From positions 11,671-75,670 of the forward strand of contig VBBN01000035.1 of assembly GCA_005888735.1 (NCBI GenBank): a stretch of 64,000 nt of DNA, written 5' to 3'. The translations under genes and the position numbers were made by a program. Shown here one piece after another: positions 1 to 8,796 of the stretch (positions within the stretch are counted from its first letter, which is position 1; the number at the start of each line of letters is the position of its first letter). The notes under the pieces were generated by a model, which made no database searches, was not told where the DNA came from, and saw nothing but the letters and a program-made list of their open reading frames with translations. Origin of the DNA: Candidatus Bathyarchaeota archaeon. GTDB taxonomy: Archaea > Thermoproteota > Bathyarchaeia > 40CM-2-53-6.

Positions 1-164
1 ACGACAAGAGACTGCGAGAGTTCGAGATAACCCCTGGAGGGTTCAAGATAGAGTCAGCCTTCTCCGAATATGAAGGTCTCATGACCGGCTCAGGTAGAAA
101 GGTGGCATCTGAGAAATTTGTTGAACTGTTCCGAGGAGCTTCTGGAAAAACCAAGTCGAGATGA
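1..164 (+). CDS. 3' end of an unidentified protein-coding gene, partial (translation ends ...ELFRGASGKTKSR, stop TGA 162-164)
   Basis: Frame 3 is open from the window edge to the TGA at 162-164. No recognisable motif. Confidence 0.3.
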   Translation, partial: DKRLREFEITPGGFKIESAFSEYEGLMTGSGRKVASEKFVELFRGASGKTKSR

Positions 165-171
165 AGAGTGA

Positions 172-516
172 ATGCTTGACCCAGTAGTCGTTCCAACGTT
201 GTACTTCGTGGCGGTCGTGCAGCTCATCCTGACCGCAGCGGTTGCCTACTACGCCTTCAAAGTCACAAAGCTAACGGGGTCTTTCAGAGCCTGGACACTG
301 ATAATTTTCGCATTCGCTCTACTAACGGTTAGAAACGTCATATCTCTGGCTTTGACCCTCTCCCTTCCAGCTGACCAGCTGGGAACCCTGATAGAATCAG
401 TCGGGGTCACCACTACACTGGCCAGTCAGCTGGTTAACATTATGGCGAACGTCGCACTATTCCTTGGAATGTTCGGTCTTGTCAAGAGATTCCAAAGCCA
501 GTCCAAGCCTTCCTAG
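172..516 (+). CDS. small hydrophobic membrane protein (hypothetical)
   Basis: 114-aa ORF with three or four long hydrophobic segments. No family recognised. Confidence 0.35.
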   Translation: MLDPVVVPTLYFVAVVQLILTAAVAYYAFKVTKLTGSFRAWTLIIFAFALLTVRNVISLALTLSLPADQLGTLIESVGVTTTLASQLVNIMANVALFLGMFGLVKRFQSQSKPS

Positions 517-642
517 GAAGGCCGCCGCTTCATCCTCAGACACTGAAGCTGCCCTCCGATTGGTAGAACTTTTCAAGAACGCTTCGAAGGGAAATAAGTC
601 TCGCGCGAGCCCGGACGTAAATCCCACTTCTAGAGCAGTCAG

Positions 643-1122
643 TTAGACGCGGATCGACGTCTTGGCACTACGTCGCAGCAATGACACTGACACCACAGCC
701 GTGACAACGCCATAAACGATGTGCAGAATGAAACTCCCAACCGCGAAAGTTGCGTCAGTCAGGTCGGTAGGGACAAGAATCCCCGTCACGGGCACATAGA
801 CCAACACCCAGACTGCAACGCCGGCCAAAGCTCCCACCCAGAGGCCCCTGCGAACTGTTGAAAGTGTTAGGATTTTCACGCGCGATGTCACTACTACGAA
901 GGTTGCTCCAGCGACTATTCCCACCAGAAAGTGGAGGGCCCAGCCGCCAGCGATAGACGCTTCTCCAAACCCGAGTTTCTTTGCAACCGTGACGTAGAAG
1001 ACTTCCTGGCCCATTGCCACAGATCCAAGTCCCGCAAACACACCGAGCACAACAGAACCAACTACTCCACCTAAAGCACCTACTCTCAGCCCTCTTGACA
1101 CTGAATATTCAGACAATTGCAT
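643..1122 (-). CDS. multi-pass membrane protein (hypothetical)
   Basis: 159-aa ORF of Gly/Ala/Val-rich hydrophobic helices. No family recognised. Confidence 0.4.
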   Translation of the reverse strand: MQLSEYSVSRGLRVGALGGVVGSVVLGVFAGLGSVAMGQEVFYVTVAKKLGFGEASIAGGWALHFLVGIVAGATFVVVTSRVKILTLSTVRRGLWVGALAGVAVWVLVYVPVTGILVPTDLTDATFAVGSFILHIVYGVVTAVVSVSLLRRSAKTSIRV

Positions 1123-1251
1123 ATTACAGCGTCCACTCTCCTACAGTTATTAATTGATTCCGGACAGTCCTGTTGGCCCGACCCGAGAGAAAAGCCAGGA
1201 ATTCGAATCCGCTTTTATTCCGGACTGTTTGGAGATCGCTCTAGCACGAAA

Positions 1252-1737
1252 ATGGAAAAACTGCGAGTTCGACCTCTGGCCCAAGATGACAAGAGGTGGG
1301 TCGCAGAGTTCACCGAGGAGCACTGGGGCGCGAGGAAGGTCGTCGCCAAGGAGCGAATCATCTATCCAGACGAGCTAGAGGGGTTCGTAGCCTTCAGAGG
1401 CGATAGGAAGGTTGGATTAGTCACTTATCACGTAGAAAGGGGCGAGTGTGAGATAGTTACGCTAAACAGCCTAGTGGAGGGACAAGGTATCGGGTCCTCC
1501 CTGATGGATGCGGTGAAGAAGGCTGCCATCTCCGCAGGTTGCGGGAGACTTTGGCTGATTACGACTAACGATAACATGTCCGCCCTGCGATTCTACCAGA
1601 AAAGGGGTTTTCGACTAGCAGCCCTTTACCTGAATGCTCTTGACCGCTCACGCCTGCTAAAACCGCAGATTCCATTGTTCGGGAAAGACGGCATTCCGCT
1701 GCGGGACGAGATAGAGCTCGACATGTCGCTCGCGTAA
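1252..1737 (+). CDS. GNAT family N-acetyltransferase
   Basis: Acetyl-CoA binding Q/RxxGxG/A motif (GQGIGSSLMDAV) and NDNMSALRFYQKRGF. The listed ORF starts at 1117, but the first ATG giving a typical GNAT N-terminus (MEKLRVRPL) is at 1252. Confidence 0.7.
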   Translation: MEKLRVRPLAQDDKRWVAEFTEEHWGARKVVAKERIIYPDELEGFVAFRGDRKVGLVTYHVERGECEIVTLNSLVEGQGIGSSLMDAVKKAAISAGCGRLWLITTNDNMSALRFYQKRGFRLAALYLNALDRSRLLKPQIPLFGKDGIPLRDEIELDMSLA

Positions 1738-2015
1738 GGCCGTCGTGAAGGAGCTAGAAAGTGTATTGAACGAGAATCCCGACCGGACAGAAAGCAAAAT
1801 GAAAACGGAACACAGGGCCGACGGTCGAAGAGTATCTTCACGGCCTTCCCCAAGAGGCGTTTCAGGAACGCTTCTTGCTCTGTTGTTCCGTTTTGCTCAG
1901 TACTTCCAGTTCTTCGGTGGAAAGGTCGCAGCGAGTGCCTGATAGATAGTCGCCGAAACCGTCCTCCCATCGTGTTCAAATCTGAGTCCCTGTTGTTCGG
2001 CGAGCTGTAATAGCC

Positions 2016-3101
2016 ATGGCAGAAGAGCCACCTGGCGGATTCCTCACACTCAGCGATCTTGAAGAAGCCGCCTCAAAGAACGCCCTCGAACCAGCTTGGG
2101 CCTATGTTCAAGGCGGCGCCGGCGAAGAGCTGACGATGAAGGCAAACCGCGAAGCATTCCAACGAAGGACACTTCGACCCCGCGCCCTAGTCAACGTAGA
2201 AACCCTAGACCTCACATCGACCCTCCTAGGGGAGAAAGTGAGCGCTCCTTTCTACGTCAGTCCCACCGCCTACCAGGGCCTACTCCATGCCGACGCGGAG
2301 CTAGCCACTGCTAGGGCAGCCAGTTCAGCAGAAATTCTCGCGATCTTCAGCACCATCAGTTCACGCTCGTTGGAGGATATCGCCCGAGCCGCCCCCAAAG
2401 GTCCTCGATGGTTCCAGCTCTATTTCCAACCAGAACAGGCAACGACTCAACGTTTGGTGGAACGGGCCGAGAAGGCCGGCTACACAGCAATAGTTCTGAC
2501 CGTGGATGCTCCCGTTTTTGGCAACAGGGACACGACAATTCTAGGAGGATTCAATGTGAGTTCCATCCCTCTCGGAAATGGCCCCGACGTTTTTCCTCCC
2601 ACACACCCCACGGCCATAGACCAGCTGTACCATAATCGCAGCGAAGCTTCAGCCACATGGGACACAGTAGACCAGCTTCGAACGCTAGCCCATCTTCCCA
2701 TCTTAGTCAAGGGGATCCTCACAAGTGAAGACGCTCAGCTGGCCTTAGATCATGGTGCAAAGGGAATAATCGTCAGCAACCACGGCGGACGCCAGCTCGA
2801 CCAAGCACAAGCCAGCCTAGACGCCCTCCCGGAAATTGTTGAAACGGTCGGAGCCAATGCCGCCGTCTACCTCGACGGGGGAATTCGTCGGGGAAGCGAC
2901 ATTCTAATCGCTCTCGCCATGGGAGCCAAAGCTGTCGGAGTTGGACGCCCCGTATTGTGGGCTCTAGCCGCAGGTGGGGAAGCGGGAGTGGCACGATTGC
3001 TCTCATTGCTGAAAGAAGACCTCGCCATCGCAATGGCCCTTACAGGACGGCGAACGATCGCTGAAGTCGACCGGACCCTTTTGGGCACACCCATTCAATA
3101 A
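2016..3101 (+). CDS. FMN-dependent alpha-hydroxy acid dehydrogenase/oxidase (glycolate oxidase / L-lactate dehydrogenase family)
   Basis: SNHGGRQLD active-site motif, TIM-barrel FMN-binding pattern, GIRRGSDIL. Length 361 aa. Confidence 0.85.
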   Translation: MAEEPPGGFLTLSDLEEAASKNALEPAWAYVQGGAGEELTMKANREAFQRRTLRPRALVNVETLDLTSTLLGEKVSAPFYVSPTAYQGLLHADAELATARAASSAEILAIFSTISSRSLEDIARAAPKGPRWFQLYFQPEQATTQRLVERAEKAGYTAIVLTVDAPVFGNRDTTILGGFNVSSIPLGNGPDVFPPTHPTAIDQLYHNRSEASATWDTVDQLRTLAHLPILVKGILTSEDAQLALDHGAKGIIVSNHGGRQLDQAQASLDALPEIVETVGANAAVYLDGGIRRGSDILIALAMGAKAVGVGRPVLWALAAGGEAGVARLLSLLKEDLAIAMALTGRRTIAEVDRTLLGTPIQ

Positions 3102-3157
3102 GAACTGTTTAGGCTGGACCCATTCTCATACCTTACTACCAAGCTTCCAAGGCGCTT

Positions 3158-3613
3158 TTAATCTTCAAGAGAGTTCCGGGACCTTTGGTCCCCGACTGAA
3201 CTCAGCTGGCTCTCGAATTCAACATGGCTCGAGAAGACGTGTTCGCTACCGAACTTTCGTCCGCACGAGCAGATGAACTCGTTTCGGTTTCTTGAAGCTA
3301 GGAAGTGCTCCGACTCTGCGAGAGTCTCGTCTCCGCCCGACTCTTCTGCTCCTTCATCATTGTCCAGTGGAGGGCCTCCGGGGATGTCTGGAGGCACGGG
3401 GATAGACGCATCCTTGGAATTGTTGTCTCTGTCCCCCTTTAGCTCTGCAACTATCAAGCCCGCAAGATCGTCTGACAGGATGCGAACATCTTCGAGCGTG
3501 GCTTCAATGATTGCCTTGCCGGGAATGTTTCCAGCTCTATGCTCCTTGCAGCCGTTCAGGGTAAAGGCTCTGCAGGTCAGGCAGTGATACCCTTTGGTCC
3601 ACCAAATTGTCAA
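3158..3613 (-). CDS. hypothetical protein with Cys/His clusters (possible zinc-binding) and an acidic low-complexity linker
   Basis: N-terminal HCLTCRAF...CKEH and C-terminal CSCGRKFGSEHVFSSH clusters. No confident family. Confidence 0.3.
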   Translation of the reverse strand: MTIWWTKGYHCLTCRAFTLNGCKEHRAGNIPGKAIIEATLEDVRILSDDLAGLIVAELKGDRDNNSKDASIPVPPDIPGGPPLDNDEGAEESGGDETLAESEHFLASRNRNEFICSCGRKFGSEHVFSSHVEFESQLSSVGDQRSRNSLED

Positions 3614-3888
3614 GCCGATGCCTCTGCAAGAGCCTAGGAGTAATGGCAGAGGAGGCGTGTGTTCCTCGATTTAACTGGATTGTACCTTCGATAGACCAGT
3701 ACGCATAAGCGGGCGTCCTCCCCTTGGGGAGACGATAATCCCGGCTCTGGGAAACCCTGAAACTCTCAGGGGTCCTAAGGACTAATCCCGTGGAGGCGAG
3801 TTGCTCGCGACCAAGGCGTAATGACCGTTCGCCATAGGTGCTAGAGTGATGCACGCTTATTAGAACCAGCCAACTGCATCCAGAAGCA

Positions 3889-4356
3889 ATGGTCGTCAAG
3901 ACTGGAACCATTAGGCAAAGACTCCTCATAGCCTCCGTAACACCCAAAGAAGTCTACAGCGCTCTAATCGACCCGAAGAAACACTCAGCATTCACGGGTT
4001 CCAGGGCCACCTGTGACCCTAGGCGTGGTGGAAAGTTCAACGCCTGGGACAAATACATCTCAGGCAAGAACTTAGAGCTGGTCAAAGGCAAGAAGATAGT
4101 TCAGGAATGGAAGACCTCAGAGTGGCCTGAGGACTATCCAAGCTCGATTCTAGAACTCACCTTCACGCGGAAGAAAGGCGGGACGGAGCTGCGAATGGTG
4201 CACTCAAAGGTCCCAGCGAGCCAAGTGGCGAAGTATAGCGAAGGATGGGGAACATCGTACTGGGAGCCTCTCAAAGAATACTTCGGAAGAACAGTGAGGA
4301 TTGAGACAAAACCAAAGTCTCCCAAGAATTGGGAGGAAAATTTCAGCTGCCGGTAA
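3889..4356 (+). CDS. SRPBCC/AHSA1-family (activator of Hsp90 ATPase homolog 1-like) protein
   Basis: 155 aa. Pattern ...IDPKKHSAFTGSRA...GGKF....GKNLELVKGKKIVQEW... is typical of the AHSA1/START-like fold. Confidence 0.6.
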   Translation: MVVKTGTIRQRLLIASVTPKEVYSALIDPKKHSAFTGSRATCDPRRGGKFNAWDKYISGKNLELVKGKKIVQEWKTSEWPEDYPSSILELTFTRKKGGTELRMVHSKVPASQVAKYSEGWGTSYWEPLKEYFGRTVRIETKPKSPKNWEENFSCR

Positions 4357-4568
4357 TCATTCATCTAAGGTCGAGTATTCTATCCCAGAATAGCGTCGAA
4401 CACTATTGTTCCTCTTTTCTCCTTTCTGGATCGTTCTGAGAGCTTCTTCGAGTGCAACGCATATTATTCTCCAGATGTAAGAGGGAGACGGGTCTCGTTA
4501 CATAATCTTCTACTCGACTGTTAATCCAGATTTCTGATTACTGAAGGCTCAAGGGTCTTGGTCAGTGC

Positions 4569-6143
4569 TTGCGAGGATCACGAGGGGTCCTGTTAGCAGT
4601 AACCCTCTTTCTAGGAATCCTGGTTGCGGTGGGCGGCCTCCACAAAGTCAACGCCGCTGGGGAGGGATTCACGCTCACTTCGCTCCCCGCTCGGACCAGC
4701 GAGGGAAACGCCTCTGGCGTCGATCTCACGCTCTCGGTTACTAACGCAGCAAATCCAGGAAGCTACAGTTTTACCTGGACGGTGACAGACCCGTCTGGTG
4801 GGTCGGCGAGTACGACCAAGCCGGTCTTGTCAACCGCTGCAGCGTGGACTGTGGCTGCCAAGTATCCGTCAGACTTCGGCGCATCTCTTAATCTCGTTGG
4901 CTCTTACGATGTGATTATTGCCGAGAACCTCCCCTCGCTAAACTCCAGCATCGCAACAGGACAATTTACAGTCGGGCTAACAGACTACACATCATACCAA
5001 CGGACCTCGACAGTGCATGTAGAGGCCAGCGGGTACCTGCCCGCCGACAACGTGACGATCAACATAGTTTATGGAGCTACCTCTGTCTCTGGCTACCCAT
5101 CGAGTAAAAACGCGGATCCTACGGGGGCCGTCCAGTTTTCTTGGCAGACCGCCGTGGACTCTGCCCTTGGAAACTATACCGTCAGCCTTGCGGGAACGAA
5201 CACCGTCGCCAAAAATCCGGCTGACATTCAACAGGTCATAGTCTATCCGACCAACATCACATTGACGCCTCTGAGGACAGGCAGCATCGTCGTCCAGAGA
5301 ACTGAGACTGTTGATTTTTGGTTCAACGCTACATACCCCAACGGGGCTTTTGTCAACACCGGCTCGGCCCCGCTACGGCTCATGGAGCCGGATGGTGTGA
5401 CTATTCACACTGTCAACGCTATCTATGACCTGTCTTCTGGCACCTATCACGCGGCCTACCCGACGAGCCTCACCCATGCACAAGGAACATGGACAGCTAC
5501 TGTCGCCTCGGCAAGCTTCACTGACGCTTTCGGGAACAGCGGACCCTCCACAGTTCAGCAAACCAGTTTCAGTATCCAACGCGCAACACTGGCTGTTTCG
5601 CTTCTATCGTCCAGCGGAACATATGCCCAAGGCAGTGTCATTCCCCTGTACACCAAGGTCACGGTACCAGGGAACTACAATTTCACGCAGGGAGCAGTTA
5701 GCGCCGTTTTCATAAGCTCCGGACGAACCATCGTAGGACCGATTAGCCTAGTCTACGACCAGTCTCTGGGAAAGTGGACTGGAAGCTACAAGGTCAACAG
5801 GGTAGACCCGACCGGCACGTGGGTCGTGACCATAATCGCGTCAGACAACTACGGCAATATCGGTCAAGGAACCGCCTCTCTTAACGTAGACACTCAGGGG
5901 ACGCAAACCTCAGCGGACTTGGGCTGGGTCGTCTGGCTACTTGTACTTGTAATCGTCGGGCTCGGTTGCGGAATACTCATTTTGAGACGTCGAGGCGTGA
6001 TTCACCGAGAAGTCAAGCTTGACGTTCAAGCCATCAAACAGAAGGCTAACGAAGTGAAGGGCGACGATTTTCTTCAGTCAATCCAAACTCAGCTGAAGAG
6101 GAGAGCTGAGAGAATTGCGGCCGAGAAGGAGAAACGTGACTAG
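4569..6143 (+). CDS. type-I surface protein: signal peptide, beta-rich N-glycosylation-sequon-rich ectodomain, one C-terminal TM helix and a roughly 50-aa basic coiled cytoplasmic tail (paralog of 50752..52311)
   Basis: TTG start. N-terminus MRGSRGVLLAVTLFLGILVAVGG then AAGEG. Many N-x-S/T sequons. TM DLGWVVWLLVLVIVGLGCGILIL followed by RRRG... tail. Clear homology to the 50752 ORF (YSF..VTDPSG...YPSDF...VGLTD.S.Y.RT). Confidence 0.7.
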   Translation: MRGSRGVLLAVTLFLGILVAVGGLHKVNAAGEGFTLTSLPARTSEGNASGVDLTLSVTNAANPGSYSFTWTVTDPSGGSASTTKPVLSTAAAWTVAAKYPSDFGASLNLVGSYDVIIAENLPSLNSSIATGQFTVGLTDYTSYQRTSTVHVEASGYLPADNVTINIVYGATSVSGYPSSKNADPTGAVQFSWQTAVDSALGNYTVSLAGTNTVAKNPADIQQVIVYPTNITLTPLRTGSIVVQRTETVDFWFNATYPNGAFVNTGSAPLRLMEPDGVTIHTVNAIYDLSSGTYHAAYPTSLTHAQGTWTATVASASFTDAFGNSGPSTVQQTSFSIQRATLAVSLLSSSGTYAQGSVIPLYTKVTVPGNYNFTQGAVSAVFISSGRTIVGPISLVYDQSLGKWTGSYKVNRVDPTGTWVVTIIASDNYGNIGQGTASLNVDTQGTQTSADLGWVVWLLVLVIVGLGCGILILRRRGVIHREVKLDVQAIKQKANEVKGDDFLQSIQTQLKRRAERIAAEKEKRD

Positions 6144-6900
6144 AAGCATAGCCGTCCACTCCTACAAAGGGGGCACAGGGAAGACAACCATTACCGCCAA
6201 CGTAGCGGTCGCACTGGCCCTGAAAGGACGGAGAGTTGGAGTGATGGACATGGACCTGGAGGGACCTGGACTCCATGTGTTCTTCGACTTAGACCCAAGC
6301 CAGCTCAGATTCACCGTGAACGATGTTCTCGCGGGCGTCGCGCCTCCGGAAGCCGCTTGCGTCCGGATGAGTGAGAAGATGAATCTGAACGGGGGCGAGA
6401 TCTACTATACGCCCGCCAGCGTCAAAGTCTCCGAGATCATGCGCACCTTGAAGGAGGGTTTCGAGCTCGACACGTTCGAAAACGCCATCAGGAGACTCCA
6501 GGAAAAGTTCGGACTACATTACTTGCTCATAGACACGCACCCAGGCATACAGCACGACACGTTACTCGCGCTGGGAATTTGCGACCACCAAGTCGTAATT
6601 TCACGAGTCGACCAACAGGACATTTTCGGGACAGGAGTACTGGTCGAGATTTCAAGCACGATGGACAAACCCGTCCATCTAATTTTGAACATGATTCCAC
6701 CGCGCATCAGAGAGTCAGAAGTGCTAAAGTTCGCGAGGACCCTTGGAGCGCACTTTACAGTCGACATGGCCGGATGGCTTCCCTTCTCCGAAGAAGTCAT
6801 CGGCTCTCTCAGCAAAGCCATCCTAACATTGAAAATGCCGAGGAATCCGATGAGCCAGCGGTTCCGGGGACTCGCAGAGGCCATTGAGTCCTTCGCCTAG
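6136..6900 (+). CDS. ParA/MinD-family P-loop ATPase (deviant Walker A KGGTGKTT)
   Basis: HSYKGGTGKTTITANVAVALA, MDMDLEGPGL, LLIDTHPG. The likely GTG start at 6136 (MTRSIAVHSYKGG) matches the paralog N-terminus and overlaps the upstream stop by 8 nt. The ORF track starts at 6115. Confidence 0.8.
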   Translation: MTRSIAVHSYKGGTGKTTITANVAVALALKGRRVGVMDMDLEGPGLHVFFDLDPSQLRFTVNDVLAGVAPPEAACVRMSEKMNLNGGEIYYTPASVKVSEIMRTLKEGFELDTFENAIRRLQEKFGLHYLLIDTHPGIQHDTLLALGICDHQVVISRVDQQDIFGTGVLVEISSTMDKPVHLILNMIPPRIRESEVLKFARTLGAHFTVDMAGWLPFSEEVIGSLSKAILTLKMPRNPMSQRFRGLAEAIESFA

Positions 6901-6933
6901 GCGAGTGGCTCAGGCTATTTGGGCCGCGGCCAG

Positions 6934-7912
6934 CTAGCCGTGTTTTGCTAGAAACCCCAACACTACACTGTTGAGCTCTGCTGGATTCTCAATGTGTGGG
7001 AAGTGGGCACATTCCCCAATCACCGCCACCTCAGCACTCGGGATTGCCCCAGCGAGCCGGTCGACTATCGAATGTAGGACTTTCGGGCTGTTCTCCCCGT
7101 TTACCAGAAGAGTAGGAGCGGATATCTTTGACGCATCCACTTTGCCGAAAGGCGGAACCTCGGCAGTAAGCTCTCCTATCGTCTTCTCGTTCTCTTTCAC
7201 CATCCTTTGAACGGCTTCTGGAAGCTGATCAAAGGCTCCTCTCCGGTTCATGATCCCATCCAGATTGAGTCTTAGAGCGGCGTCGAAAATCGCCACGTTG
7301 GAAAGCAGCTAGTGATGGGTCTAGAGATGTTCGCTGAAACCGCGCAGCAGACATTGCTGTTGAAGGGCTTCTCAGTAAGAGCGAAAGGAGTTGCGGTATG
7401 CTCTTCCGATTCGTCAAGAGTATCGTCGAAACTGCCGGTTCTACAAGCGTGAGCGTGTGGAAAAGTCCAGGGTTCGTTGCAGCACAGTAGGCCGCAGCGA
7501 ACCCTCCATAAGAATGGCCAACAAGATGCACAGGCGAGACATCTAGTTCATGGATCAAGCCAGCAAGATCAGCCGAGTTGTTCTCAATGGTACTGCCTGC
7601 ATAGTCTTCCCGGTTATGGTTCGGGTTCGCCAGGCGTCTACTGTAAGCAATTACGTGATAGTTGGCCGAGAAGAGTCCAACTTGGGCGTCCCATGCGCGG
7701 TAATCCGTAGGAATGCCGTGCACGAAGAACACGGGATCACCTTGCCCCGCTTCTCGATAAGCGAGACTAATCTCGCCAACCTTGGCGATTTTCAAACCTG
7801 AGGACTGCATTAGCCCCGAAAAACGAGTTCTTCCCCAAAAGGTATTCCACAAGAGGACCGCAACTCCCCGGCAAAGTCGTCCCGGCAGCTTGGGCGAAGC
7901 TGATAAGGACAA
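6934..7912 (-). pseudogene. alpha/beta hydrolase, frameshifted (N-terminal part 7229..7912 and C-terminal part 6934..7296 lie in different frames)
   Basis: N-part has HGIPTDYRAW and the nucleophile elbow GHSYGG. C-part has the catalytic His region ECAHFPHIENP. The two ORFs overlap by 68 nt in different frames. Confidence 0.55.
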
Positions 7913-7926
7913 ACAAACGTCGTTAG

Positions 7927-8745
7927 TCGCGGAGTGTATGGGAAACCCTGAAGATCCAGGTCAACGGCGCAAACCTCAATGTTCTAGAGCTTGGAAACCC
8001 TAAGGCCAAGCCGATCGTTCTCATTCACGGCTTCCCGTTGAGCCATGAGATGTGGAACCCTCAAGTCGAGTTCCTGAAACAAAGCTTTCGAGTCGTCGCT
8101 TATGATATTCGAGGACACGGGCAAAGCGATGTGGGCGATGGCCAGTACACGATGGAACTCTTCGCTGAGGACCTCCTCGGACTGTTGGACAGTCTGAGAA
8201 TTGAGAAAGCTGTACTCTGCGGGTTGTCTATGGGAGGATACATAGCATTGCGCACTGCTGAGAAGAGCCAGGAGCGGGTCGGTGGGCTCATTCTCTGCGA
8301 CACTAAAGCAGAGGCGGATTCCGACGAGGCCAAACTGAAACGGGCCACCACCATAAGATTCATCAAGGAACAAGGCATGAAACCCTTCATCAAGTCACAA
8401 ATTCACGCCCTCCTCGCCTCCCAAACCGTCACAAAGAACCCTGCCACCGTTGAAATGGTGAGAAGAATAATCCAGGGCAACTCGCCAATCGGTGTGTGCG
8501 GAGCGCTTCTTGCAATGGCCGGACGCACGGACACCTCAGCGGCTCTTCCCAATCTCAAGGTTAAAACACTCATTATAGTTGGCGAAAACGATGCCCTCAC
8601 TCCACCAGAGCTCTCAAAGAGTATGCACGCAAAGATTCCAAATTCCACTTTGCATGTGCTCCGAAATGCAGGTCACTTGAGCAACCTTGAGAAAACGGAA
8701 GACTTCAATCACCACCTCAGCGACTTCCTGTCAAAACTCCACTAG
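7927..8745 (+). CDS. alpha/beta hydrolase (paralog of the frameshifted gene, divergently oriented). Start uncertain.
   Basis: HGFPLSHEMW, GLSMGGYIAL, C-terminal NAGHLSNLE. The conserved N-terminal strand LKIQVNGANLNVLELGNPKAKPIVLIHGFP is in frame upstream of the listed TTG at 8038, but no ATG/GTG is in frame (TTG at 7990 possible). Confidence 0.7.
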   Translation, partial: SRSVWETLKIQVNGANLNVLELGNPKAKPIVLIHGFPLSHEMWNPQVEFLKQSFRVVAYDIRGHGQSDVGDGQYTMELFAEDLLGLLDSLRIEKAVLCGLSMGGYIALRTAEKSQERVGGLILCDTKAEADSDEAKLKRATTIRFIKEQGMKPFIKSQIHALLASQTVTKNPATVEMVRRIIQGNSPIGVCGALLAMAGRTDTSAALPNLKVKTLIIVGENDALTPPELSKSMHAKIPNSTLHVLRNAGHLSNLEKTEDFNHHLSDFLSKLH

Positions 8746-8796
8746 GCTACCCCAGAGGGCTCTTAAGTGAACAGTCCGATTCTGCCTAGAGAAATA

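Noticed and set aside
1150-1230. Possible tRNA because of a TTCGAATCC (T-loop-like) string
   Set aside because: No 7-bp acceptor stem, D-arm or anticodon arm can be drawn around it. It lies in the leader of the GNAT gene. A tRNA scan of the window should be run.
3537-3947. 136-aa minus-strand ORF across the hairpin-rich region
   Set aside because: Composition is atypical and it overlaps the start of the SRPBCC gene. The region is better explained as structured non-coding sequence.
4569-6143. Calling the cassette surface proteins S-layer proteins or archaeal pilins
   Set aside because: They have no class III (pilin) signal peptide and no PGF-CTERM. The size of about 520 aa with a cytoplasmic tail is unlike known S-layer proteins, so they are left as type-I surface proteins of unknown fold.
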